A DNA stretch of 64,000 nucleotides, from the NCBI GenBank assembly GCA_951406725.2, contig OX597816.1:117924001-117988000 (forward strand), written 5' to 3'. The stretch comes from Octopus vulgaris. Lineage: Eukaryota. Position numbers and translations under genes: made by a program. Below the pieces are notes generated by a model. The model searched no databases, was not told where the DNA came from, and worked only from the letters and a program-made list of their open reading frames with translations. This document shows positions 12,523-25,261 of the stretch, one piece after another (position 1 is the stretch's first letter; each line of letters opens with the position of its first letter).

Positions 12523-13198
12523 TGCGTGTGTGTGCGTGCGTGTATGTGTGTGCAAGCATGTAGTGAGATTTCTGCTGAATTTTGGACCAGCTCACTCAGA
12601 TTTCAAGTTTAGAACTAATGCTTAACTATATTGCCGTAAAAGGCAAAGACCAGCAACAGGAAATTAACTATTGCCATAAAAGGCATTAATATCTTCGTGC
12701 ATATGGTTCGACCAATCAAGGTGGCTAGTCTATAAATAAATAGCGTAAACACGAAAATAAGTTTCGTGAATTTTCCCACCACAAAGTTCTGCCAGAAGTT
12801 CTAGATATTTTGACTAATGTTATAAAAAATGGGATATTGAACTTCCAATCATGGAACTGTGTCACTCAGTTATATGATATCTGTTCTCACTTTTTCTACT
12901 TATCCTGTCTTTTATGTATAATTTTCAAATAAATAACCAAAATATTTTATGCTATGAAGACATTTATCCGTCAAATCTCTTGTATGTTGTTTTATTCAGA
13001 TAATTGAGGTACATAGGTATATGTAAATGTTCCCAGTAATAACAAAATATGGAAAATTGTAAAAACGTCGTTGTAGTCATTCTCAACCTCGCACGTACAC
13101 TGTGCAATACTGTGTGCTATCGATGACTTAATAACTAAGATCCACTAGAATGATGTCCTACTAGACATATATATACATATATATACATTTGCATATAT

Positions 13199-13238
<40 letters not shown>

Positions 13239-13314
13239 ATACACACAAACACACATACACACACACACACATATATATACAATATTAGATAGGCTGTAAG
13301 TATGTATGTATGTA

Positions 13315-13382
<68 letters not shown>

Positions 13383-13584
13383 CTTGTGTGCGTATATAAA
13401 TTTCTTAGTCATTGCGCGGTGATCGCTATAATCTTTAAGCTTATAAAATACTATTATTATTATTTGCAGAATTGCAAACCTCGACACTGCTTAACAAAAC
13501 CATTCGCGGTGAAAACACATGAAAGTTTGTTTACAAAAACAACTACGAACTAATATAATTCTTAAATTTGAGAGGAAAAAGCAG

Positions 13585-13758
13585 GTTAGTTCGCTGGTGT
13601 AATCAGTAACACGCTTGGTCGCGTAAACGAAGGGATGCGGTTTCGAGTCCCACTCGTACGGGAAAACCTACTTATTTTCTGTCGAGAGCTTATATGCTAT
13701 TTTCCTTAGTTATTGCGCGATGATCGCTTTAAGCTTATAAAATGCTATTATTATTATT
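13585..13758 (+). mobile_element. tRNA-Thr-like-headed SINE with (TTA)n tail
   Basis: A-box TGGTGTAATCAGT, B-box GTTTCGAGTCC, anticodon-like loop CGCGTAA (CGT) and (TTA)n tail; truncated second tail copy at about 13398-13463. Confidence 0.55.
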
Positions 13759-14151
13759 GAGTGAGAGAGCAGTGCATGTCATCAAAGTGACATTGGGGTA
13801 AACTATATTATTATTACTATTATATATGCATTCATGTAACCACTCATTCATCCTGAAAACTTGACGCAAACATAACCATCTGTTAACAATCAAAAACTTA
13901 ATCATCAAAATTTTTGGAAACTAAAGCTGTATACGATAAGAATAATAAAGACATTTTAAAGACTTGATGTTAATAACCATAAAGACAAAGTTTCAATGCA
14001 TATAATCTCGATGGAAATTTAAGTCATAGCATAAAGTGCTGCAACTAAATACTGCACAGCAACTTATCTCACGATCTTCCTAGTCTACATACACGAGTTT
14101 GTACAGATATTGTTTGTTTTGGGTTTTTTTTTAAATATAGGCATAACACAG

Positions 14152-14358
14152 GGTGGCGAACTGGCAGAATCGTTAGCACGCTGGGCATAACAGCGTTTCG
14201 TCCGTCTTCACGTTCTGAGTTCAAATTTCGTTGAGGTCGACTTTGCCTTTCATCTTCTCGGGTTCGATAAAATAAGTACCAGCTGAACTGTTGGGTCAAT
14301 GTAATTGACTTAACCCCTTTCCCGAAATTGCTAAGATTTGAAAGATTTGAAACCAATA
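14152..14358 (+). mobile_element. Octopus tRNA-derived SINE, family A (GGCGAGCTGGCAGAA... head)
   Basis: Aligns by eye with copies at 17532, 21445, 38243, 38966 and 47311; resembles the published octopus OK/OR-type tRNA SINEs (exact family not assigned). Confidence 0.8.
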
Positions 14359-15521
14359 CAGGCTCAACACAAAGCCAAATATTTAGTGGCCGAGGGATTA
14401 ACTAAGGGGAATTATCGATCAAAATGAACTCAATACCTGATTAGTACTTGATGTTGATTTTATTTCCGCCAGAAGGCTGTAAGAAACGAATCTATCTCGG
14501 TATGATTTGAACTCAGAACGTAAAAAAACCTGTAGTAACTTAATTCTTCATGACATAACTTTCCCAAACTCTTTAACGATTATGCCAATCCCAGGCTCTT
14601 TTGTTGATAATAGCAACAATGACGATACAAAACAATAAAGCAAAATACAGAAAATACTTTTAAAAAAAGAAACACCGACGAAAACACAAAATGCCGAAAG
14701 GAAATTGAGAAATATGTGAGGATTCTTCATCGTGCGAGAACCAAAATTGTTTTAAACAAGGAATAAAACGACATACTCTCGTACGTGACTGACACACATG
14801 AATACGTATACGAATGCATGTCTAATGTTTGTCTACCTGCTATATACCTTCTAGATACAAATTTCAGCCAAGGACGACTTTGCCTTTAATTTCTTTTGGG
14901 GATGATAAAATAAGTAGCGGTTCAGCACTTGGGTCGATTTAATTGATTATTCTCTCCCACTAAAATTTCTGGCCTTGTGCCAAAATTTGAAGCCCTTATA
15001 TTTCATATTTCCTTCAGTTAAATGATGAGACCGAAGAAGGTTGAGTTACAATGTTTTCTCCAATATGTGTATGTGAGAGTGTGAGTGTATAAGTGTGTGT
15101 GTATGGGGGAAATGTTTTGCCTTAAGCATAAAGTGCAAAAGCTACTTGTAGATATTGTAAGCTCTTCTAAATTCAGCGCAATATCGGAAACCCTTCACTG
15201 TCATCAGCATATGTATGTTTGTGTGTGTGTATAATCTCGGCTGTAGAGCGATGCTGCGATCACGGCAAAATATAACTACTTAGAGGTTCAATATGAACAG
15301 GGATAGAATTTCCTTACTTCTGTTTTATAGAATATATCAATGAAAATAAAGAACCTGTGATATCTAACACGTGAAACAAAAACAAATAATCTCATGAGCA
15401 GAAGGAACGCATTTTCCAAAAATACACACAGACATGTATAAATAGACGTACGCACATGCACAGACAAAATTTTAGCTGAAGCAGTAGTGTTATACTCCGG
15501 AATTTCTGCAATGTTTACCGC

Positions 15522-15522
<1 letters not shown>

Positions 15523-15606
<84 letters not shown>
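15523..15606. repeat. (AAT)n microsatellite abutting R4/Dong fragment
   Basis: Pure AAT run. Confidence 0.95.
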
Positions 15607-15609
<3 letters not shown>

Positions 15610-16345
15610 GAAACCATTGATCATATTGTCTCCAAGTGCAGTCTTCTTGCGCCTACAGAGTATCACAACAGGCATGATAGGGCTGCACAATATATTCGCT
15701 GGGTAATTTGCAAAAGCCTGGACTTGCCCCATAATAAAAACTGGTGGGATCACAAACCACCTCCAGTGCTTGAAAATGATCCCATGTCACTTCTCTGGAA
15801 CTTCACCATTCAAACTGACAGAAAGATAGATGCGAATAGGCCGGACATCATATTGAAAGACTTCAGACAAAAATCATGCCTCCTCATTGATATGACTGTC
15901 CCAATCGGTATAAACGTATCTGTCAAGACCTACCAAAAACTGAGCAAATATAAAGATCTTCAAATAGAAATTAGCAAAATGTGGAACCTGAAGACTAAAA
16001 TAATACCTGTTGTCATAGGGTCTCTGGGAATGATAGCAAAAGGGGCTGATTGCTACCTAGCTCAGATACCAGGAAACCCCAAAATGGCAGAAATTCAAAA
16101 GATAGAGCTCATGGGGGAACTGCTTATATCCTACGCAAAATACTTTCTATGCAATCTCAAGTTTTAAAATAAACATAGTTTTCTTATGGTTTCTTAAGCA
16201 TTCACTAGTACAACACTAAGTACAAAACTAAATATATGGCACCCTAGGTATAACACCAACATGAACGTCTAACTTGTTGTCTCTTGAGGTCTCTGGGTGA
16301 AACTTGGAGCCAACTTGTACAAATGTAAAGCAAAAGTCAAACATA
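15607..16345 (+). mobile_element. R4/Dong-clade LINE 3' end (CCHC knuckle end + restriction-like endonuclease + 3' UTR)
   Basis: ETIDHIVSKC...EYHNRHD...WNFTIQTDRKIDANRPDII...IDMTVP...KYKDLQIEISKMW...PVVIGSLG; both ends abut (AAT)n. Confidence 0.9.
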
Positions 16346-16355
16346 GAATAATAAT

Positions 16356-16460
<105 letters not shown>

Positions 16461-16632
16461 GATGGCTAGACAGTTTAAAACCAAGAAGGATATAATTCAC
16501 GATCGTTAAAAGTGACCAAGGGTGCAAGGGGTACTTGCATTGCGAGAAATAAGAGTCATAGTTACTTTAGCCACAGAAGCACATGTTCTATTTGAACTTG
16601 ACCGCAAGCAAGATGCATTGTGTGTGTGTATG

Positions 16633-16686
<54 letters not shown>

Positions 16687-16699
16687 CATACATGCACAC

Positions 16700-16782
<83 letters not shown>

Positions 16783-17103
16783 GATAGATAGTTTATCATC
16801 TTATTTTCAATCTCTATTTCTATTTCTGTTAGTGTTTCTCTTTCGTTTTATATCTCTCATATTTTTACATTCTTTTAACTTATATTTGTATTTATATGTT
16901 TATATGTTATGCTTTTATACATATAGATTTGTATTGATCTGTATTAATATGTATTAATATATATGTATTTTTAAAGATACTTTAAAATTTTACGTCTACG
17001 TGTTTTCCGTTTGGGAATTTGCTGATCGGCCTAAATTTTGTTTCTGAGTTTACTTCTTCAATTAACGTTCGTCTCGGACTCATTTCGAGTACTTCTCAGT
17101 TAC

Positions 17104-17473
17104 AGGTATTTAAAAATATTCAAAAATGCTCATATATATAAATACGCGGGCAAAATATAAAGCATCAACATATTATAAAACTTATTGAATTAATAATTCA
17201 CTCGATAATTATTGATTCACACGATAAGATACAATGTAATAAAGATTCACAAGTTACAACACGGAGTCCAGTGGAAAATTTGGAATTATACAACATTAAC
17301 AGGACATACTAATACACGAATATAATGTTCCGTCGTTATATTATCGGACACGTCACCGAAACGGCCCGTCGATGGAACATTATATTTATATTATGTTTAT
17401 ATTATATTGATGTTTTATATTTTGCCTGTGTATTTATATATATGTGAGCATTTTTTAATATTTTTAAATACCT
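17104..17473. repeat. Inverted-repeat module, probably PLE pLTR-derived (arms 17104-17181 and 17395-17473) with inner hairpin 17319-17386
   Basis: Arms about 85% complementary by eye; inner 16-17-bp stem encloses GTCACC-GAA-ACGGCCCGT-C. Confidence 0.6.
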
Positions 17474-17531
17474 ACGAAATTTTATCTTATATCATATCAA
17501 CGTTTTTTATATCTATTTTTTTATATATATA

Positions 17532-17760
17532 TTTCTTTACTACCCACAAGCGGCTAAACACAGAGGGGACAAACGAGGACAGACAAACGGATTAAGTCGA
17601 TTACATCGACCCCAGTGCGTAACTGGTACTTAATTTATCGACCCCGAAAGGATGAAAGACAAAGTCGACCTCGGCGAAATTTGAACTCAGAATGCAGCGG
17701 CGGACGAAATACCGCAAAGCATTTCGCTCGGCGTGCTAATGTTTCTGCCAGCTCACCGCC
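17532..17760 (-). mobile_element. SINE family A, near full length
   Basis: Reverse complement of the 47311-47536 copy. Confidence 0.85.
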
Positions 17761-18077
17761 TATTTTTTTATATATATTTATATATCTATTTATGTATTTA
17801 TGTATATTTAAAATGCCTACGTATTTTTAAATATTTTTAAATATTTGCGTATTTTTAAATGGCGGTGCCCCAGCATGGCCACAGTTCATTAGCTGAAACT
17901 GGAAAAATCAATCAAAATCAAAATCATATGTTTATATACTTGTATGTTTTTAATACTGTATTATCTGGAACTTTATATCGATTTATTAATGTCCATTGAA
18001 AGTACACATATATATTGAATATTCTATTGGATAATAGGTCATGTTCCTCTAGTTTTCCGCTAGTATTGCCTCCATTC

Positions 18078-18114
<37 letters not shown>

Positions 18115-18356
18115 TTTTGGTTTTGTTCAGTTATAATAAAAGCAATTTTTCATTAATCAGAGTACAAATTTATTATCCTTATACAAGAATGTTGTTGGCA
18201 TTGATTTCGAAGTCACAACGTTCTTGAATAAGAATGTGTGTGTGTATATGCGCGCGTGTGTGCGTGCGCGCGCGTTTATGTATGTGTGTACATACATAGA
18301 TAGATACACAAACACACACACATATATACATACATACATACATACATATATATATA

Positions 18357-18409
<53 letters not shown>

Positions 18410-18479
18410 AATCCCTTAGCGATGTCCAGTAACAAGAGCATTTTCATTGTTTGATGAGCTTTGCATAGAATATTACAAG

Positions 18480-19372
18480 GTTTTTACTCGAATCTCCGTT
18501 CCATTTCTGCTCTACCGGTCACTCTTTGCAACACCTGTCTGTGTTCGGATTGTCCTTACACAGGGGCCATCCGGACTCCTATATTCGCCGTGAACAGGGA
18601 TTAATCTTCTCTCTCCGCTTCTTTGTGCCACATGGGCTCAACTCTCCTCCCCTCTTATCTAACCCGCTTCCCCTCACCTCTCTTCCTCTCACCTACTTCC
18701 TCCCACCTACCTCTCTTCTCTCGCTCCGACTCCTACTTCTCTTCACTCCTACACATTTTCTCCCTTCATCGTCACCCCTCCCTCGTAACCTCACCCTTAC
18801 ACAATCCAACCCCGCCTTCCCTATCCATCTCATCCCAACCCAACCCCACCCCTTACACCCACTCCCACATACCCCGCCTATACCCCCCTCAGCCTAACCC
18901 ATACCCCACCCTTGCTTTCCTCACTCTCGCTTCCCCACATCCCAACATCACCACACCACACCACACACTACCACATCACTCACCACCATACCACACAACA
19001 CCACATCACACACCACCACGCACACACTAGCACTGACCCCTTCCCAGCACTCACACCATCATCCACACACCTACACATGCACACACACACACGTCAAGGT
19101 CACCAGCCTTCTTCCACATGCACATACATGCTCTCTTACACAACGCACGCGGACCTTCGTTTTGGGATCACCACTACCTTATTATCTCCCCTTCTTCCTC
19201 ACTCTCCTGTGTGACCCTCTGTCCGGCATTCGCCTTGATAGATCGCTAGCCACTACACATTATTTTGTCTACCTCTTTTTTTCTGTGTACCTTTCTGTGG
19301 AAGAGCGTAGGCTCGAAACGTTAAATACTTTTTCACTTCCCGAGCGTTATCTAATACATCTGTTTGTTATAT
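18480..19372 (+). mobile_element. Penelope-like element 3' part (GIY-YIG C-terminus, pyrimidine/CA-rich UTR, pLTR)
   Basis: HSLQHLSVFGLSLHRG...REQGLIFSLRFFVPHGLN matches the PLE GIY-YIG C-terminal 'RExxxIxxLxTxxPxGLN' motif; hammerhead-like motif at 19291-19326. Confidence 0.7.
19291..19326 (+). ncRNA. Hammerhead-like motif with non-canonical core (CTGTGGA)
   Basis: CTTT-CTGTGGA-A-GAGC-GTAG-GCTC-GAA-ACGT-T-AAAT; A6 replaced by U. Confidence 0.4.
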
Positions 19373-19439
19373 ATATATATATATGTAGAATGTTGAAAAG
19401 TGATACACGAGTTGACATGTATAAGGGAAATAAGACAAA

Positions 19440-20926
19440 GTAGAAAATGCTAAAATAATTTTATCATGAAATACATTTTGTAATGGTTAGTACCGGTTTC
19501 TGTCTTTTCGACTTTTTCAACTAAGAGTAAAACAAAGGTGGATATTAATTAAGAAGAAAAACAATTATGTTGAAGAAAATTAAATGAACTGTTTTGTAAA
19601 TATTTCCATAGTCTTCAAATAGGTAGGACATTTTCCTTTTTTCTGTCTGTCTCTCACTCACTCTCTCTCTTTCTCCCTCTCTCTTTCTCTCTCTTCTCTT
19701 TTTCTTTTGTGAAGGTTCGTACGGTAAGTAGTAGCAGATCTGAAAAATTGTGTTTATGGGTGCAAAGATATATTTGGTTCTGAAGTTTTATGGTTTAAGC
19801 AGCAACAGCCGAAGAAGGAGAGGGTGAAGGAAGAGGAGGGGAAAAGAAGAAGAAGAAGAAGAAGAAGAAGAAGAAGAACAACAACAACAACAACAACAAC
19901 GGCGACGACAACAACAACATCAACAACAATAACAACGAGGAGGAGGAGGAGGAAAAGAAGAGGAAGAAGGAGAAGAAAAGTAAGAAGAAAGGAAAAATAC
20001 GGGAGTGGTATTACCCAGTAGTAAGGGCTGTTCGTGTAATCTGCTTTAATGGTCAAGTGGCCTCACGGTGACCTGTTGTGGTTGTAGTAGCAGTAGCAGT
20101 TGGGTCTATTCTAAATAAACTCGTGGGTAGCGACTCTTCTAAAAATATCTTCCGTTTTTAATATTTCCATGGGCATTGTTCCAAGATCCTTGTAGTAGTG
20201 TTTATCTGTGGTGGATGCATTAAAAAAAAATTATAATTCTTTGCTAATGTGCTAATTATAGGTTGCATTGTCCCTAAATTTATAGGGGCGGGGAAATTCT
20301 AAAGTTGGATTGTTCAAAAGTGACGCAAATGTTGATGTGTTCACTTAATGCTATTTTACTGTATTCCTGTATTTTAATCTGAGATCTATGTGCGGTCATA
20401 CTCTGGCGTAGACTGTTTTTAGTATGACCAATGTATTGCTCTCGACACCCTGAGCAAGATAACACGTATATCAGGTTTTCCGAAGCACATGTGAAGTTGT
20501 GTTTCACTGTAAAACGTTGACCCTGTTTGAAGGAGAACTCCGATCCCTGAATTAGGTTGACGCATAGGTCTTCCGCATTTTTTACTGTCGGTATCGATGT
20601 TGTTAATGAGTGTACTTGGGCTTGTGTTAGAATACTTTTCATTGACTTGGGCTGCTTCGGATCTGCTACTATCTGCCTACCTTGTGAACCTTCACAAAAG
20701 AAAAGCAGAGAGACACACACAAAAAAGGAAAATGTCCCACCCATTTGAAGACTATGGAAATATTTACAAAACATTTCGTTTAATTTTTTTTCTCGAATTT
20801 AATTGTTCTTCTCCTTAATTAATATCCACCTTTGATTTACTCTTAGTTGAAAAGGTCGAAAAGTCGAAACCGGTACTAACTATTACAAAATGTATTTCAT
20901 GATAAAATTATTTTAGCATTTTCTAC
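19440..20926 (-). mobile_element. Penelope-like element fragment: GIY-YIG endonuclease flanked by inverted pLTRs (19440-19744 and 20657-20926)
   Basis: ORF 20280-20774(-) contains FTVKHNFTCASENLIYVLSCSGCREQYIGHTKNSLRQSMTAHRSQI, the PLE GIY-YIG signature; about 270-300-bp inverted arms seen directly. Confidence 0.9.
20843..20879 (+). ncRNA. Hammerhead-like motif with U3-A8 core (mirror copy 19487-19524 on minus strand)
   Basis: TTAG-TTGAAAA-GGTC-GAAAA-GTC-GAA-ACCGGT-A-CTAA; the two-copy consensus gives stem II GGTC/GACC. Confidence 0.5.
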
Positions 20927-21066
20927 CTTATATATATATATATATATATATACATACATAAATACATACATACAGATAGACAGACAAACAAATTGATAGG
21001 TAGATAGATATATGCATGTGTGTATGTCTATATGCATGTGTGTGTGTATGTATGTATGTATGTACG

Positions 21067-21106
<40 letters not shown>

Positions 21107-21286
21107 CACGTAAATGTCGAACAATGAGAATGAGTACCCAACACTGTATTAATGGATGATGGATAAAATTTCTTTGCTTGTGTATTAAGGTTACCCTTGG
21201 TTTCATGTTAAGAAAATATCTTAATATCTTAACAAACTTTTCAAGCCAATATATATATAAATATTTAAAGAGTAATAAAGTTTTCA

Positions 21287-21345
<59 letters not shown>

Positions 21346-21444
21346 GATGTTTTAAATATTTTTTAAGCCAAAACAGTTGCAATTTATAAAAAAAAATTTC
21401 ATAATTCAGGTCGATGGTTTATATTTCAATATTTCAGCGTTAGA

Positions 21445-21664
21445 AGGTGGTGAGATAGCTAAATCGTTAGAACACATGAGAACTGCAGAATGGTGGCGGC
21501 ATTTCGTCCGTCTTCACGTTATGAGTTCAAATTACGCAGATGTCGACTTAGCCTTCCATATTATCGACTTCGATAAGATAAGTAGCGGTTGAATACTTGG
21601 ATTAATGCAATCGAGTAGACCCCCCTCTAAATTTCTGGCTTTGTGCCAAAATTTGAAATCAATA
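21445..21664 (+). mobile_element. SINE family A, diverged
   Basis: Same head and body as other family A copies. Confidence 0.75.
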
Positions 21665-21774
21665 TTTCAGTATCCGGACAGTTTCGTCAGAAAGTTTACG
21701 GAAAAAAGGAGTTGACAGCTGAATATATATAGGAAATTGTTAAGATATTTAAGTTTAAGTTTAAGTTTAAATTA

Positions 21775-21861
<87 letters not shown>

Positions 21862-22242
21862 TACATACCTATATATACATACACACAAACACGCACACAC
21901 ATATATATATATGCATACATATACATATACACAAACGTATATATGTGTATTATCTATATGCATATGTAAATATATATGTGTGTATATATATATATTAATG
22001 TATGTATATGTATGGGTACGTATATATGTATGCATATGTGTGTGTGTAGATTATATTAAGCATTTGTTAGCGGAAACACAAATAATCATTATTGTTTACA
22101 AACTCCTCAATATACGACGAATGTATAATGAAAGGTGTTCGTATTTGATAAAATTGACATTTGCAGTATAGACGTATCATTTTATTAATACTTCTCAGAA
22201 TATGTCAAGTTATTGTGAAACAATTCAGCGAGATAGGCAGAG

Positions 22243-22296
<54 letters not shown>

Positions 22297-22609
22297 TCAG
22301 TTTTAAGGTTATCGCTATAGATTTTCTATATTCGGAATTCGGAAGCCAGCACTGCAAGTTACGACGTTTCGTAGACGAATATGAATACGCCTATGTAGAC
22401 AATGCGATAGAAATTCTAAATCCAAAGAAGTGGAATATAGAAGAAATGGAGTTAAAAATGCGAAGGGAATATAGTAGAATTAATCATAATTTATTTAGAT
22501 TGTAAAACAGAGGTATGCACTTGACCAGTTTCACATATATATTTGTGGAAATCTAATGTAAGACTGGTGAACTGCATACTTCTATTTTAAAATCTAAATA
22601 AATTCTAAT

Positions 22610-23130
22610 TACCGTAAATCCTCGAGTATAATCCGCATTTTTCCCCAAAATTTAAAGGTCAAAATCCCTAGTGCCTACTATATACAAGGTTAAAAATGAA
22701 AATTATTTTCTAAGCAATGTCCGAGTCTCTATTTGCTGTCCGGCAATGTTTATTCAGACGCATTTTGTGATGTCGGGCGCGAAAATACCTTAAGCTAAGC
22801 CTGAAAGCAATGAAGTCATAAAAGAATCATCCATAACTTACAATAAGCAGCATTTATTAAACGTTATTATTGTTATTACTGTTACTTCTTTATTTTCTGC
22901 TAACAAAATGCACAAAAAAGCTACACGTTTGCATTATGTTATATGTACAATGTATAAGGACGTTACCTTATACATTTTTATAAACCAAAGACGTTATATA
23001 GACCTCCTCGACTCAAGTTAGAGAAGGGGTGCGTATTATACACAAGGTTTAGGTTTTTCAGAGGTACATCCTCCTAAAAATCCCCTGCGTATTATACTTA
23101 AGGGCGGACTATACTCGAAGATTTACGGCA
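22610..23130. mobile_element. Tc1/pogo-superfamily MITE (about 520 bp)
   Basis: Terminal inverted repeats TACCGTAAATCCTCGAGTATAATCCGC / GCGGACTATACTCGAAGATTTACGGCA; subterminal GCGTATTATAC repeats; no ORF. Confidence 0.8.
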
Positions 23131-23177
23131 ATTTTAATATATTCTCTTTACATTTTCATCTTCATTTCTTATATATG

Positions 23178-23228
<51 letters not shown>

Positions 23229-23429
23229 GAGCAAAACGCCGCCCCCCCCCCTTCCGATGGACGGTGTTGAGTTGTCAAACATTTAAACCAAATTTTCTCA
23301 AAGCAACTTGTCCGACCGTCCCATAGGCCTCACCTTTGAGAAACACTGATTTAACCTAAATTGAGACTCCAGCGAAAGAAGAAATAAAGATCAGCTCTAA
23401 TGACAATCTTGAAATTATTGGTACGCGTA

Positions 23430-23655
23430 GTATCGATCGCAACAGCAGATGTACTTGCGCGTATAAATGCACGTTCCCACGGTTTTATCTATCGCATTCT
23501 CATCTGAAATCGATTTTTGTAATTTTTTCAAGACTTATACACGCCCTGATACCGTCAGTATCTACATATCAGATTTGAGCGCAATAGGATGGAGGATGCC
23601 CGAGATCCTAGAAGACACACACACAGATAGACAGAACGGATTATATATAATAGAT
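23430..23655 (+). mobile_element. Possible non-autonomous Helitron/Helentron-like (HINE/DINE-type) element 3' part
   Basis: Ends ...ACACACACAGATAGACAGAACGGATTATATATAATAGAT, resembling DINE-1/HINE-type 3' ends; pattern recognition only. Confidence 0.35.
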
Positions 23656-23726
23656 ATATATATAGTGTGAGACAGTGAGAGAGTTTTTGAAGTGATGTAC
23701 AGATATTGTATATTGAAAATAATAAA

Positions 23727-24233
23727 GTAGTCAGAATGTTAGATGATTATATATTTTTTTATTTGCATTTTATTTACACTTTTAGCCCTTTCTTCCGTTA
23801 TTGGATTTATCAAAAAAGTGGTTTATAATAAGTCTGCTTCGCCTTTTTATATAAAATTGAAGCTGGTGATATTTTAGGAAGAGGGAGAGAGGGGAGAAGG
23901 GGAGAGGGGAGAGAGAGGGAGGAGGAAAGAGAGGAACAAATTAGAAAGGAAGGTGCAGGGGTGAGAGAGAAGAAAGTGGGAGATGGTGAAAATAGAGAAG
24001 AGAAAAGAAAGGAGGAATCTTTTGCGACTTTGCGGAGGAAGGGAAAAGAAAGAAGAAAAAAGTTTGAAGGGGAGAGGGAGGTAAAGGAGGCGTGGTTTTG
24101 TATCAGTGTGGTCAAATTTGTTTGATTAGGATTCAATATTTTTTCCTTTTTGGTGATCTTTTGGATGGGGAACGGAAGAAAGCGCTAAAAATGTAAATAA
24201 AAATATATATAAATCATCCAACAATCTGACAAC
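23727..24233. repeat. Fold-back element: about 65-70-bp inverted arms (23727-23799 and 24171-24233) around a purine-rich core
   Basis: Arms complementary apart from a small indel and a few substitutions. Confidence 0.7.
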
Positions 24234-24830
24234 CGTGTCTCCCTTGCCCCCAGAGTAGGAGCTGCCGTATGCGCGGGTTTGATCTGTCATTCTGGTGGGA
24301 TCCTCGACTCCACGGATCTCCATGACCTTTCTTGCCGCCTGAATTCTGGTCGCTTCGCGCGCCATACGGAGTTGAACCTGATACTCAAGAGGAGCTTGGC
24401 CCGAGCAAACATTCCCTCCCTCTTGGAACCATGATATGATGGGAAGAAACCTGACAACCTCGCCCTGTGCCCCTGGTCCCAAGGCAGATGCTTTGTCTGG
24501 GATGTCACAGTTAGTGACTCCTTTGCTTCTTCTCACATCCTGGATGCTGCGGCCAGGGCGAGATCTACAGCTTCTGCGGCCGAGCAGAACAAAGTCCTGA
24601 AATACTGCGATCTGTCGGTCAACTACGGTTTCCATCATGTGGCGTTCGAGACTTTGGTGGGGTCGGACCACTTACTGTGAGATTCCTGTCTTCTCTGGCA
24701 ACTCGCCTTGCAGAGGCAACTGATGAGGCTCGTGAGGGCGCTTGGCTGTTCCAGCGCATCAGCCTCACCATCACCCGCGGCATCGCTGCAAGCGTGCTGG
24801 TGTGTCTCAATAGACATTAGAAAGGTTTCC
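24234..24830 (+). mobile_element. CRE-clade non-LTR retrotransposon 3' end (restriction-like endonuclease)
   Basis: Plus-strand translation LHDLSCRLNSGRFARHTELNLILKRSLARANIPSLLEP*YDGKKPDNLALCPWSQGRCFVWDVTVSD...AEQNKVLKY...VAFETL is the CRE REL signature; stop and frameshift present. The minus-strand ORFs listed here are antisense artefacts. Confidence 0.85.
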
Positions 24831-25156
24831 CAGCGCCCCCAACTTTTCAACCCAAAGTGGGAAATTGTTTTTTTGGTTTTTTTCTTCTTTCTCTCTTTTT
24901 CTTTTTTCTTTTTGGTTTTTTCTTTTTAATTTTCTCATTTGTATTCTCTGTTTTTCCAGTTTTCTAGTTTGATTTTGTAAAACGGTAAGCACTCTTTATA
25001 TATTATATATGAAAATAAAAAGTTTGACTATATGTGTATACACACACATATATATATATATACATATATATATATGCATACACACACACATATACATACA
25101 TACACACATACATATATACATATATACATATATACATATACATATATATATAGATT

Positions 25157-25244
<88 letters not shown>

Positions 25245-25261
25245 CATATACATATATAACA

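Noticed and set aside
15487-16167. 226-aa ORF as a host gene
   Set aside because: Poly-Ile from (AAT)n fused to an R4/Dong endonuclease fragment.
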